From assembly GCF_009914755.1 (NCBI RefSeq), contig NC_060939.1: a DNA stretch of 64,000 nucleotides; one strand, given 5' to 3'. Under the pieces are notes generated by a model. It was given only the letters and a program-made list of their open reading frames with translations, did not search any database and was not told the origin of the DNA. Shown in pieces: positions 1 through 14,513 of this stretch; within the stretch, counting starts at the first letter, position 1, and each line of letters begins with the position of its first letter. The translations under genes were made by a program, and so were the position numbers. Source of the DNA: the human T2T-CHM13v2.0 reference genome, Homo sapiens.

Positions 1-95
1 TTAAATCCTAGCTAAGCAATAAAATATGTGTCATTTTAAATAAAAGAAAACATGTTTTTCACAAAAGCTAGATTTCTTGTCCATTTTTGTCCCCC

Positions 96-531
96 TGTAG
101 TGGATGCTGTGGTGTGCTGCATAGGTCCCTCCCTTTAGGATGGAGGCCCTCATTCCCCTGGGGCCCTGAGTGTTGACTGCCAGTGGCTCATAGCTGAATT
201 GCTTCCTGAGATTTGTCCTTAGCTAAAGTGGAGCTGCCTTGCCCAAGGTTATGCCCTTAGGTGCAGCTGGCACCCAATGGCTGCCTGATGCAGAGTAAAA
301 GATGCAGCCCCCTTGCTTCAATTTGGTACATCACTGAAGGGCCACCCCCACTCTGATCTCCCTGTGGCATCTGCTGAAGCCTATATTGCAACTGTTCAAG
401 TTTTCCTTCTGCCCAGTCCAGCTTCCCTCACTCTCTATAGGCATTGTCCCTATAAGCACACTCCCATAAACTTTCTGTATGACAATTTCAGAATCTGAGC
501 ATCTATTCTCTGGGGAATTCAATCTAAGATA
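96..531 (+). mobile_element. LTR16-family (ERVL) solo LTR
   Basis: Starts tgtagtggatgctgtggtgtgc and ends ...ctggggaattcaatctaagata, resembling LTR16 termini. Confidence 0.7.
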
Positions 532-734
532 CCTTCGTTTATTTAAGGATACTTTAGTGGAGTGATTAGCTGGGCGTAATGATGAATTTTAGATCAGAAT
601 ATGGTAGAACTTCACTTTCTTCAATGTGAGATAGACCCAACTTAGCCTTTATGCCAAGAGGGTTAGTTCCAGAAGTTTTTAAAAAACTCTAGCATTGCAA
701 GGTGAGCTAAATTAATGGTAATGGTACAAAATGA

Positions 735-1035
<301 letters not shown>

Positions 1036-2967
1036 ACAATATGAGAAATTTTATAATGAGGCTTTGCTATTGAAAATAATAGAAGAATCATGTACGATAT
1101 GTAGATGATTGGTCACACACAGAATGTGAGAAGTTGGCTCTTCTACATTTCAGTGGCATAATTAACCCAACTCTCCAGAATTCTTGTAAGTAAGACTCTG
1201 GGATAGAACGAGGAAGAACTCACTGACCACTAAAGAGTAGGTAAAGCACTAGGAAAATCTGTGAGAATGAGTCCCATATTGGTCATTTTGTTCATTAGAA
1301 ATCTAACCTAAGAGAAACGTATCAACAGAATCTCAGGTGAAGCAATTTAGGGCAATAAAAACATATTCTCCTAAATGATACTGTCCCTGAGTGGCTCCCC
1401 TAGTGAAAATGAGAACATCTTCCTGTCTCTCAAATCACCCCAATTATACACAGGATTAGGTAACTTCCACAAATCAGGCCATGGAAAGTTCTTTGATTTA
1501 GAGATACCAGGCAGGACTCTTTTTTGAGGGGTGTGGGAGCAGGAGGAGAGGAGGATGGTGGTGAGGATGTGTGTGTGATAGTAACAGTTTTTCCTTTTCC
1601 AACATCAAAAACCATAGGCCTTCTAGGACAGCTTCTACTTTGATTGCACTTGGCTGTGTGAAAGAGCAGCACAAAATGAAGATAGCTCCTCTCACTGTGC
1701 TATTAAAGACTCCCATCTGAGAAAGAAAATGGGTGAAGGAGGCTATAAGAGATGGCCTTTCTATCAAAAAATCAACTTCAGAAGCCTAAAAGATCTTCTT
1801 CCTTCATCCTGTTCTCATTTAGCTTGCTAATAGACGCCTCATGAGAAAAGAATTATTGTGAAGCTGAGAAAGTAAGATTTAAATTTCCTAAGAAGAGATG
1901 GACTTTACGTTACAGGCAAGGGACATTTTTTTCTCTTTTTACAATAATTCCAAAGTGCTTTTTGACCTTGGAAGAAGAAAATCAGTGTTAAGATAGAATT
2001 GGTTAGGTCATCGCCTAAGGAGGCATAAAAGGCCACCAGGAAATAAATTAAAATTAAAATAGATTCTTTTATTGGGTCACATCTCATCCTCTCATTTATG
2101 AGCAAGGCTTCCACTCAAGCAATTGATACTGCAGGGGATAATTTTGCTCCTCTTGTTTTGACTCAAGAAAAAGTTACAAACAAAAGTAGGGAGGAAGCTG
2201 CATATGAAGGCTAAAGGACATTTTTAAAAGAATTCCAAGGAAAAGAGCACAGAAACTGTGGTTGTGTGCAGCCACTGATGAGGTGGACAATAGTTTTGAA
2301 ATTATTGGTTCCTGCTAAACTAAGGAAACATACTTACATTCTAGACCAGACAAACATAGCAAGTCACGTGTTCTGACCTTGAACAAATAAATGTCATTTC
2401 TTTCCAGAATTTACCTTAAAATTCAATAAGTAATCTGGGATTATCAGGACATCTACTTCAGAAACTGTTAAACATTTTAGGATTACTTTTTCTTCTCTAG
2501 ACTGGACAAATACAGGATATTTCCCTTGATAGGATACACCCTTCATTCTTGGAAAGGTCAGCCAATTCTCTTTTCTAGTAGGTAGTTTCCTACTTTGCAT
2601 AAATGTAGATGCCAATGGTAACTGAAAATGGTCCCTTTACCTTTTACTCTATAGATTCGATCATCTGATTTACATGGATAATGCAAACAAATGGTGTTCA
2701 AGAGGTCACTCAGAAAATTAACACATTCTTCATATCTAGAAAGATAGGCAAGTATTTTTAAACCTCTCGATAAGATTCTGACTTAAATCTTACAAACTGC
2801 AGAAAGAAACTTTAAAGCTATCAGCCCTAAAATTTAGCCCTAATACTGAGACTCAAAATGCATATGGTAAATTGCCAGATGTCAAGCAGCCCTTTGAATT
2901 ATAGTATCAGTTTCCAAACTATTATAATGCAAATCTCACAATATAATTTCAAGTAATAAATACCTAT

Positions 2968-3255
2968 TCTTTCTTTCTTTTCTTTTTTTTGAGACTGAGT
3001 CTCGCTGTGCAGTGGTGTGATCTCAGCTCACTGCAACCTCCATCTCCCGGGTTCAAGCAATTCTCGTGCCTCAGCCTCCCTAGTAGCTGAGATTACAGGC
3101 GCCTGTCACCATGCCCGGCTAATTTTTGTATTTTTAGTAAAGACGGGGTTTCCCCATGTTGGCCGGGCTGGTCTCGAACTCCTGACCTCCAGTGATCTGT
3201 GTGCCTTGGCCTCGCCAAGTGCTAGGATTACAGGTGTGAGCCACTGTACCCAGCC
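2968..3255 (-). mobile_element. AluS with a short internal deletion in the right arm
   Basis: ctcgctgt|gcagtgg lacks the cacccaggctggagt segment; TSD tattctttctt. Confidence 0.92.
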
Positions 3256-3447
3256 TATTCTTTCTTATAGCTGTTAACAATGAAAATATCATTATTTTTG
3301 GCCAAACTGAAATGAGCAACAAGAGTGGTCATAAAATTGTGTATGTATACACACACATACAGACACACTTATTTAAAATCTACGGGTATTAATTGAGCAC
3401 ATAGTAGATACTGATCACTCTGTTAAGCCCAAGGGATACAAAGATAA

Positions 3448-3763
3448 TTTTTTTTTTTTTTTTTTGAAACAGGGTCTTGCTCTGTAGTCTAGTCTAGAGT
3501 GCAGTGGTGCACTCTCTGCTAACTGTAGTCTTGACTTCCTGGGCTCAAGCAATCCTCCCAGCTCAGTCTCCCAAGTAGCTGGAACTATAGGTGTGTGCCA
3601 GCATGCATAGCTACTTAATTTCTTTCTTTTTTTTTTTTTTTTTTTGTAGATACCTGGTCTCCCTATGTTTTCCAGGCTGTTCTTGAACTCCTGGACTCAG
3701 CAATCCCCCCTCCTCAGCCTCCCAAAGTGCTGGGACTACAGGCATGAGCCACCACACCCGGCC
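3448..3763 (-). mobile_element. AluJ
   Basis: Poly-T, then cctgggctcaagcaatcctccc (J-type); ends cacacccggcc. Confidence 0.9.
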
Positions 3764-4888
3764 AAAAAAATTAAAGAATATCTAGTAGGACAAAGCTACA
3801 TAAACAGCAACTATTCTGCAATACATTTTATACTGTCACCTTAAGAATGTACTGTGGGGGCTGCAGCAATTAACAAGGTGGAATTGGAGAAGGCTTTGCA
3901 CGGCAGATGCTACTTGTGTTGGCCTTTGATGGAGCAATAAGACTTTATAGGTGCAGAAGATGATGAAGGACATTCCAGGACAAACAAGATACTACAGATA
4001 CAAAGGCACCGAGGTATGCCCATGCATGGAATCTCCTGGGAACAGATCACTGAGGATGGCAAACACTGCCTGCATGGGAGAAGTCCTGAAAAGAGCAGTG
4101 GAAAGATTAAGACCAGATTGTAAAAGGCCTCGAATGCCATACTTAGAATTTAGACTCCTCAGGTGACAGAAAACCTTACAGGAGGTTGAATGAGAAGATT
4201 CCACCTTGTTTCTAAGGAGGTAGAATCAGAAGATTCTAGAGAAGGCCACAGTCAAATTCTAGAGAAAGCCACAGTTTTTCTTTTTCCTTACTTTTCTTTT
4301 TTATTGTGCAGGAGCAGGAATTACCGAATGTAAGGCTGGTGTTTTCTAATATACCTCATCTCAGAGAATAGAATTTAGCCAAGACAGATTTTTATCACAC
4401 TCTTAGCACACAGTGAGTCTTGGTACCACTAGACAAGACTGGGCTCTCTTCCCTAAAAGATTCACAATCGTCCCTCTTACTGTTGGTGTTCTGTTGTATT
4501 CACACTGCAAAGCAAAACAAGTGCCAAGCCACACCTTGAGTTCTCTGCTCTGCAGGTTTACTGCCTGACAAGCCTTAAAGTTAGAAAAATATTTCAAGCT
4601 GAATCTGTCACTAACAACTTTATATGGTTTGTTGTTTCCTGTGTTGCTTGTTGAGAATGCCTGGCCACTGAGAAACGAAATCGGAGGCAGATATTTCTGA
4701 CAGCGAGCCTCCCTGCCGGGTGCTTTATCATTCTTTATGTTAAATACATCACCACATCTAAGCCCTTGCAAGCCGAGAAGTTAAGGTTATGGTGTGGACA
4801 ATAAAAAACCGATTTTTCTCCTAATTGCCTACATGTATTAGAAGTTTTTGAATTTATACAGGCCATTGGTAGCAGAGAGTATAGTTCG

Positions 4889-5201
4889 TTTTTTGTTTCT
4901 TTTTGTTTTTGTTTTTGAGACAGGGTCTCACTCTGTCACCCAGGCTGGAGTGCAGTGGTGTGATCATAGCTTGCGGCAGCTTTAAACTCCTGGGCTCAAG
5001 CAATCTTTCCACCTCAGCATCCTGAGTAGCTGGGACTATAGGCATGCACCCCCATACCCAGCTAATTTTCTTTTTATTTTTTGGTGGAGATGGGGTTTTG
5101 CCACGTGCCCAGGCTGGTTTTGAACTCTGTGGCTCAAGTGCTCTACCTGCCTCAGCCTCCCAAAGTGCTGGGTTTACAGGCATGAGCCACTGCACCCAGC
5201 C
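4889..5201 (-). mobile_element. AluJ
   Basis: gatcatagct...ctgggctcaagcaatc; degenerate TSD cagagagtat/caaagagtat. Confidence 0.9.
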
Positions 5202-6615
5202 CAAAGAGTATGATTCTATTTTTTTTTTTTAAATTTAATTCCTCTTCATGACAGTCTCTTGTGGCAGGAAAGTGGTTAGTTTATAGATAGAAGAAATCTA
5301 GGACCAAAGAGATGAAATAATTGGAAATCATTGTTTTGATAGAGTCAGGGGCAGAGTTTGTGACAGCATGACAGCAGCATTCCTTGGCTGCTGCTCTCAG
5401 GGGGAAGCCCTACAGCCTTGTTTCCACTGCAGACTTAACTGTCCTCACTCCACGTAGATCAGTTCGATTCCTGAGCCCGAATGACAAGTTGAACTACCAA
5501 TAATGCCTTGCACAATGTTTGAAGCGACATAATCAGCCGGAGAGGGACTTGTGTCAGTTAGATTTTGTCTCCTTAAAAATCAAGAGCAAGAGTGGTAAGA
5601 GAGAAGTTTTTTAACAAGGAGGAAAACCCTAGACAGTTGTCTCTAAGGTTCTTCACCACAGCTTCAAGGACAACCAGGAAAAGAGCTGCTATTTGAGGCA
5701 ACTTCATTATAAAATCATTTTTAATAAGCAATCTTAACAAAGAGAGGGAATACTCTTGTGGAGAAACCCTCCAGGGACCCAGAGGCTGCCCAGTTAAGTT
5801 ATTAGGAAGTTTCACACAAGGGACCAAACAGCTATTTCATTGGCCTCGGGGGACAGAGTTTAGTTTTCACCTGTTCTCTAGAGGCACTGGTGTTATCCTG
5901 TCTACTAACAGCAGAGACTGGTAACAATCAATTATCCCGACGCCCCAACCTGGTGAGGGAAAGTGAATTTTCAGTTTTGTCGACACAAAAAGACATGGTG
6001 TAAGAGAAAGAGAGATAAATTAACTCAATATGATTCATTATACTGGAGACTAAGAACACGCAGCCAATGAAAATGCCTCATCAGGACCTTGGTATTCTTT
6101 AAGTAAAACGACAGAAACATATTCTAAGGAAATTAAGAAATATCCATAATGAGAAAAGGATGCTTAGTTGTCCTCTTACCATAATTGTCCAGCTACATGA
6201 GGGAAATAATTCTTTGTGCTGATGAAAAAGTAATAGTCACTGCAGTTGACTTTGCCTACCTAAGGAGTGAGCAAGGTTTGGAATTTGGGGTTTAAATTTT
6301 TATAAAGCTATTTGTAGCTGAGTTTAAAAGGGTTGGAAAGACAGAGGCTCCCAGGGTAGCAGAGTAGCCTGCAGCCAATTAGCAGCTCGAATGAAAGAAA
6401 GCAAGGAGAACCATTAGCCGCAAAATTCAAAGTGCTTATGTATTTTTCAAGTTTCACTGCACATTCCATGCCTCTGATTTTAATGAAATGGCAAGAACGG
6501 GTCTTACAATTAGACCTTAACACCGTGGAGTTAGAGAAAAAGTGAACATCCTTTTTCTTTAATAATCAGAAGAGCCTTCTCTTTTCGGACCAGATCTCTC
6601 CTTCCCAATAAGCGT

Positions 6616-6652
6616 TTTTTTGTTTGTTTGTTTGTTTGTTTGTTTGTTTTTT
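6616..6652. repeat. (GTTT)n microsatellite
   Basis: Seen directly. Confidence 0.9.
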
Positions 6653-7029
6653 TAACGTAGTTGGTCACAGGAGCACACACAGAAGTAGTTCTAACTAAGG
6701 ATAAAAATGTCACCTGGGTTCAGAGAAGGGACTGGAGCAGGGAACATCTGATTCACATAACCCTAACTAAATGACTGTGGCAGAAAAACATTGTTTATAG
6801 GTCACTGCTTTTTTTCACACACATTCTGTGGCTCCACATTGGTTATGAGAGAAAGCCAAAACCTGCTCTCTGTTCTTACTGGTCTCCCTTTTCCTTGTTA
6901 ATACTCTACTCCAGTCAGACCGATCTACACAATCATCCCTGATCACACCTAATTCTTGCTACCCTTCCAGAGCAAGCTCAGCTCACCACACATGTTCCCA
7001 ACTCATACAGCATTTAAACACATATTCTA

Positions 7030-7078
7030 TTAGGTTGGTGCAAAAGTAATTGTGGTTTTTGCCATTGAAATGGCAAAA
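7030..7078 (+). mobile_element. MADE1 (Hsmar1 mariner MITE), truncated
   Basis: ta+ttaggttggtgcaaaagtaattgtggtttttgccatt matches the Hsmar1 TIR; the second TIR is mostly lost. Confidence 0.85.
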
Positions 7079-7458
7079 TTTCATAGCCCTGCATTTTCCT
7101 GCAATTCTTTCATTACTGAAAGTTCCTCAAATGTGTGTGTCCTTTCTCCTAGATACAGACTAAACTATTAGACAGGGAGGAATATAAGTTAGATTACCTA
7201 TACTGCAATGTGCCTTACACAATGTTAGGCACAGAGCAGGGGTTAAAAAATATCAAGCTAAGAAAATCTGCCTGGCTCCCTGCCCTATCTTTCCATAGGT
7301 ATGAACTGCAGTCTACTTTCCAGCCTCTGTTCCTCAGACCCCGATATTACAGGTGTCTGGATTGCCTAGCATATAATTTCCTTCCCCTTTCCTCTAAGAA
7401 GAAAATGTAAAATAAAAGATTTATAGATTAAGGCCTTTCCACTGAATCCAAACCTTAA

Positions 7459-7830
<372 letters not shown>

Positions 7831-8340
7831 TAAGACAGTAGGAGCTGGAGTTGATGCCTAGGAGACATACAAAATCAAGAAGGGAAAGAGCTATCACTCC
7901 TACATAGAAAAACATGTTTTCCCAGAAGTGGAAGTGGATTGGGTGGAGAACATTCCATTGCAAGGGATTTTGGCAGTCAAAGGAAAATATTTAATTGAAT
8001 AGCTTAAAAATCTTCATCCTTATAATGTATAGATGTGGATGTCAATTATAATCCAAAGGGCCATGTGACTACAAATGCACTAACTTCCTGGCCACAGAAT
8101 TGATAAAGAAATCAGTGTAAAAAATTTAGTGTCATCACTGAAAGTGAATGTAGAGTGATCACTCTCTTCTTGTTTTAAACACATTGGCATCTCTGTTTCT
8201 TCTACGTTTTTATTCCTCTGCGTACAGATTGCAATAAAAAGAGAAGCTGATATAAGTGTAAATCCAGTCCTAAGTTCAGATATGCTTAAACATCCTCAAA
8301 ATCTAGATGTTAATTTTCTTATATCTCCTATATATCCCAT

Positions 8341-8342
<2 letters not shown>

Positions 8343-8378
<36 letters not shown>
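8343..8378. repeat. (AT)n microsatellite
   Basis: Seen directly. Confidence 0.95.
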
Positions 8379-8380
<2 letters not shown>

Positions 8381-8775
8381 GTTTCCTGAGCGTTCTGTTA
8401 GCTTCCAGGGTTTTTTTGGGTTTGGATAGGTTTCAAAGAAACCACTGTGTCCGGAATCATAGTACTGCTTTGTGGCAATGAAAGTTATAAATGAATTACT
8501 AAGTTGGTCTAACAAAAAAGTATAAATTTATTATAAATGTCATTAATGTCCGTTAAAGGCTTTGTTTCAGAGGAAGATGGGTTTGTGCTGTACGAAATAT
8601 ATGTCATTACTGGTGTGGGGTACATAGCTGTCCTAGAAGCAGAAGTAACCACTTTGAACAATTGTTTTATTATGGAATCAGTTGTGTTGTATGACATTAA
8701 GTAGACATCAGTTCTTTGATGAACTAAGTTAAATTGTTAAAAAGATAAGTAATGGTCATTTAAAGTAAGAAGGTT

Positions 8776-9380
<605 letters not shown>

Positions 9381-9644
9381 AGTAAGAACGCTGTACAGTT
9401 TCCAGTAGACTACTTTGTTTAAATACTTTTTTTCACATAGTGGGAATAACATTCCCCTTTCTTACAATCAGTTTGTTCTTCAAGCTTAGAAGCCTATGGA
9501 GGTAGCATAGTTGTAAGGTAAAAGGAAACCTTGGTCAATTGTAAGAATGACTATGTTGCACTTGGCTTTCTTCCTATACTTTAGAGTGGAAGAACCACTC
9601 TGAAAAATGAAGCTCTTCATTTTAAAAGCATTTAAACTGGGGAT

Positions 9645-10095
9645 TGCCTTTACATCCTGGCTCCACCACATACTAGCTAGTTGTAGGACCCTGGACCTCG
9701 GTTTTCATCTGTAAAGTGGGGATAGTAGCAACACCTACCTCACAAAGTTGCAGTAAAGATAAATAAATGAACACTTAGAAAGTGCTTAGAGAAGTGCCTA
9801 GCACTCAGTGCCCCACAAGTATTAGTTAATGTTGATACTGGAGATAACGGTGTGGCTCTTATGTGTGCACAAGGGGGCAATCTACTCTGTTTTGACTCCA
9901 GGCTTTGCCCAGCTGGGTGAGCTAACGAGGTTTTTCACTTCTCTAAGCTACTTGTCTCTCATGTACATTTTCTTATTTAAAATGCGGGTGCAAGCAGTAC
10001 AAAGCTCCTAAAGCTGATGAGCAGATTAAATGAAATAATGCACGTAAAGCATTAAACACAATGCTTCGAATATTCAGATTGCTTGGTAGGTGGTG
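9645..10095 (+). mobile_element. Two adjacent MIR relics
   Basis: MIR core cctcggttttcatctgtaaagtggggata...aaagtgcttag; second copy ...attaaatgaaataatgcacgtaaagc. Confidence 0.7.
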
Positions 10096-13000
10096 TTCCT
10101 GCTATTGCTGCTGCTGCTACTACAAGTAATGGTACTACTGCTATTACTTCTGCCATTATTACTGTCAATATGAAACTAAGCATATTGCAAACTTATGTCA
10201 TAGACATCTAGCGCTTTTTAAAAAATCAATCTAATCATGTCTAACTAAGCATTTATCAAGTATGTAATAAGTCTATCAAGTCCACACCAATCCCTCGTAG
10301 GCTAGGCATGTTTGTTTTCTCCCTGGTAGTGATTATGGATTTTAAAGAGCCAATCACCATCTCAACACACCCTTTGGAACGTATGTTATGAAGTGGGAAT
10401 ACAAATACTTTTTGTCCAAATGCAATTCATGAACCTCAAGTCTACTAACTGGGCAAACTTGAATCAACTGGATGTTGGGATGGAAATGCTCAGGTAACTA
10501 TTCAGTTTTTCTATGGAGTTCACAGGTCCTCGCCATGAACTGTGGGCTTTAAGACTATGCAAATCTTCTACTTTGGAAGAACTGACTGGCAGGGCCAAGT
10601 GCAATCCATTTATTTTTAATATGATGAGACAGAGAAATCCTGTTAAGCTTAGGAGGGCTTGGCTGTAGCTGAGCAGGCTGACTCTAAACAAGGCAAACGC
10701 TTCCAGACAGTACAGAGGGATTTTTACTTTCTCAGACTGGCTGATTTGAAGAAACTAAATAGATGTTACTCTGTAAGAATGGGTGGAGATGAGCAGCGGG
10801 GATAGGTTTTAGCACCCAGGGTTAAATTTTTGCCTTTTGCTTTATTGCTATTTTATGCTTGGATCACAATATGAGAATCCTCGATGTTTTCTCTAGTTTT
10901 CTTTTCCTCTCCCATACTTCCAGCTTAGTTTGTTTTCCAGTTATGAGCGACTTATGGAACTGGTACACCTGGCATTTGTGTTTTCAGATTGTTTTATGTG
11001 ATTATGCACTTCTATCCCACCCTATCCCCTATCTTGTCTCCCTCTAGTCTTTACTTACAACTAGTCTGTAAACGCCTGGAAGGTAAAAAGCCTATCAGCG
11101 CAGAGTAGGTCCTCAATGAATAGTTGTCCCTTAATTAGCCCTTAAGAGGCCAGCACCTGTATTTTAGTCATGACCCACTGCCAACAAGCTTGCTGTCTGA
11201 GATAGCTGGTAGCCTTGGTAAGCTAAGCAATGAATCTTCCAGTTACTTTGTGAGTACTAGGTTATCCCTTTTCCTGACTATTTGTCAATGGGCAGACAGG
11301 ATCTGGATGAAGGCCTACTAAAAGAACTTCAGCGTGGCTTCTTCTCACATCTGTCCTAATGGAACACCCTGCCAGCAACAGAAATTATAACTGCCGTGAG
11401 TCACTGTGAGTCACATGGGTTGCCACGGAAACCTACTAACTATATCACCAAAGCACCTTCCATTAGCTTTGCCAAGAATGGTTCCTGAGTTTTCCTGGAC
11501 TGTGAAAACAATGTGGGTGAGCCCCAAGTTTGGGGTTGCTAAGAGTCTACAATAAAAAAGTATGGCCTCAAGGATAGGAAAAAAAATGAGAAAATAAGGT
11601 TATTCTAGTTTTTGGATCTCCTGAGTAAATGGCAACAATTGTGACAACTTGTTGGGTTCATTTTGTGATATCAATGAATGCCTATGGAGAGGAGGTTGAG
11701 GCCTCAAAACTAATTTTCTCTAAGTCAAATTCAAAGCCAAGTCTCTGGGGTGAAAAGTGAATACATTAACCTATTCCATTTTAAATGATTGCAATAAACA
11801 CTTTTTAAAATGGATGCAAAAGATTAGTTCTCAAAGAAATATTTTGATTTGTGCTAAAATATTTTACTATTGAGAACTAAATCTTTTTATAAATAACACA
11901 GTGCTTTAATTTTATATTGTAGGTATTAGCCTGCTACAATCAAACATTTGAAAATGTACTAGATTACCTTTTAATGGCTATTCACGTTAACTGAAAATAT
12001 TTCCGAAGATTCAGAGGCGTATCTTGTTTGGGTTTTTATTGGGGAAAATTAACAACTCAAGTTGGGAGTAAACTGACACATTTTCCTGACTGCTTCCACT
12101 GAGTAACCTGCACCTTTCAGAAGCCTGTATCTGTCCCTCAGTGTGGGAGAAAGCAGGCAGGGCAGGCTAGGACAAGAGGTACAAGGACTGTAAACAAGGA
12201 TGAGAACAGAAGGAAGCAGCAATGGTCTGATGCCTCTGGAAACGGTTCAGGGGCCTACCAGATATCTTTTGGGTCTGTGTTGTGGTGGCTGTCTGATATA
12301 TGTCCTCTGAGGTTAGGACTCCATGATGCTAAACTTTCCAGTAGCTGGAAAGAGCTAGGATGATTTGTTGCATCTTTTCACCTCCATATTTATCCTCTTG
12401 TAACGTTGTAGCAAATGCAGAACTATCCAAGAAGAATTAGACTAAGAATTCAGGAGTGAATGACTCGTTGTCCTTGGCAAATAATAAAAACCAACACAGC
12501 AGCTGATTCCGAAAATGATACTTATCTGCATGGTGGCTATTTCAGCAGGAAAGAGACCAGAACAAACTTGTGAAACACCAAAGCAAAGCAATCTTGAAGG
12601 GGTCCAACCAAATACATGTGCTATATAATCCCCAGGAAAATTAAATTGCAATTCCACACCACAGTGTAAAATTGATCTAATATTAAAAACTCTCTTTTAT
12701 GTTTGCACACCAAAAACCAACAGCAACATTTCCTATCAACAATTGAAGAACATCACAAATATAAGAATTCCTTGAACAATTTGGGCACGAGAAACACTAG
12801 AAATTCCAAAGCTTGTCTTCTCCCACTGGCCAACTAAACAGAAAACAAACACTTAAGGTACCCTTCTCAGAAGCTTAGGAGAAACTGAGTTCTCCAAAGA
12901 CTATGTCCATGGGCTCCTCTGAAGCTTAACAATCAAATTTCCCTTCATGGGAATTTCTGGCTCAAGTCACCCAAAACATTTATTTTTTTTAAAAGAAACA

Positions 13001-14431
13001 ATACCTGTGCTTTCCAGATAACAAGGTGGACTAAAATACTATCTGGTGTCACAACTATTCAGGCTCATTTTGCAGTATGTGCACCTCTGTCTTGTGTACC
13101 TGTGAGCTGACACTCTGGTCTGATAATATATTCTGCAGCTGTACATATTAATTTGTAAGTTGAACAATCTCTCCGTGAGGGCAGTTAGGAAACCAAGATT
13201 GAAATTGCTAATGTCGGGTGACTTCAGCTGTCGATGATTATGTAGTCAAGTCTTGACTAAGGTTTCCAGAACCCTGGCTAAAAATGGAAGTTTTGAGACG
13301 GTACAAAAATGAATTCATACACTTCACTGATAGTGAAACTTTTTGAAGAACAGATGTCAAGATGATTTAAGAGGAGCTGGAATTTAACATCTTAAAAAAA
13401 AACGTATAGGCAAGTTAGGACAGTTCAGTTTTCAAGAAAAATTCAACAAATGCTAAAGAAGAAGTAATTTGGGTGACTGTTATTAGAGAAAAAACTGACT
13501 GATTGTCTTTCTCCTCACAAGCTGTGGGCCCTGTGGAGATGCTAAGATCAGAAATACGATGGGCTGTCTGCTGAGCTGGGTGACAAAAACAATCTCCATG
13601 TTCAAGTGGCATGGAGGACTTCCACTAACATGTAACTTGGACAATTCAATTTCTCCTTGGCATATGTAAAGTTTTGTGTCAACTGTGTTTTCAGGTGCTA
13701 TTCTTTCCAATTTTGTCATTCGGCCATTTTTTATTCTGGGCCCTCTCCCCCAATCATGAAAGTAAACATCAACCAAAACAATATCATTTCTGATCCAAAT
13801 CTTTCTGTCCATTATATAAAAGGAGCTTTAAGTCTTTCTACATTGACTTCAAGCTTAATGCCTAAGAATTTTCTTGCTGATTTTCATAGTTAGAAAGGCA
13901 CTCAAAGTCCACCCTGTGTGGCTATATCTTGATTTTGCATTAAAGCCAGTATAGCTGATGAAATTCTTTAAGCCTTTGTGGAAAGACCCACCTGGTTCAA
14001 GTGTCTGTTTTTAGAACACCAATTTTTCCTCTCTAGCCACCACTCTCATGCTGTCATCTAAGTCCCTCCATGAATTTAAACTCAACCACAGGTTATTGTT
14101 TCTGCAATAGCCCAAGAAAATTATTCTCAGGGATGACAGTTCCTCGAATGTCTCTCTTTATATGGACTGTCTGTATACTAGGTAACATCTAGATTTCTGT
14201 CTATGTTATCTTATTAGTTGGGATGTACTCTTCATGTCCAGTGGAGCTGAAGTAGTGGTTTTGTTCACTTATCTAAGAGCCAAGTCATAATGCAAACAGT
14301 CAGTAGCTTTCTGTACATTGCCAGGTGGCCAGGAGTCCATACCCCAAACCACCATAAACAGTAGGCACAATCATCAGCCCCTGTTGGGGAGAGGCCCAGG
14401 ACTGAGCTAGCAGAAAGACTGAATTACTTAC

Positions 14432-14513
14432 CACCTCTAGAGTGGGTCCCTCCGGGCCAGGGACGAGCTCATGGGCAAGGCTGTGCAAGGAAGCGCTCTG
14501 TACCATGCCTGCC
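14432..14513 (-). other. RORA: Candidate 82-nt poison (stop-containing) cassette exon of RORA
   Basis: tcctctgtatatccgcag|GGCAGG...CTCTAGAGGTG|gtaagt. Spliced after exon 2 it reads WQAWYRALPCTALPMSSSLARRDPL*. Confidence 0.6.

Noticed and set aside
8303-8697. Two consecutive minus-strand ORFs suggesting a frameshifted pseudogene
   Set aside because: I cannot recognise a parent protein, one ORF runs into the (AT)n repeat, and there is no poly(A)/TSD. A tblastx search would settle it.
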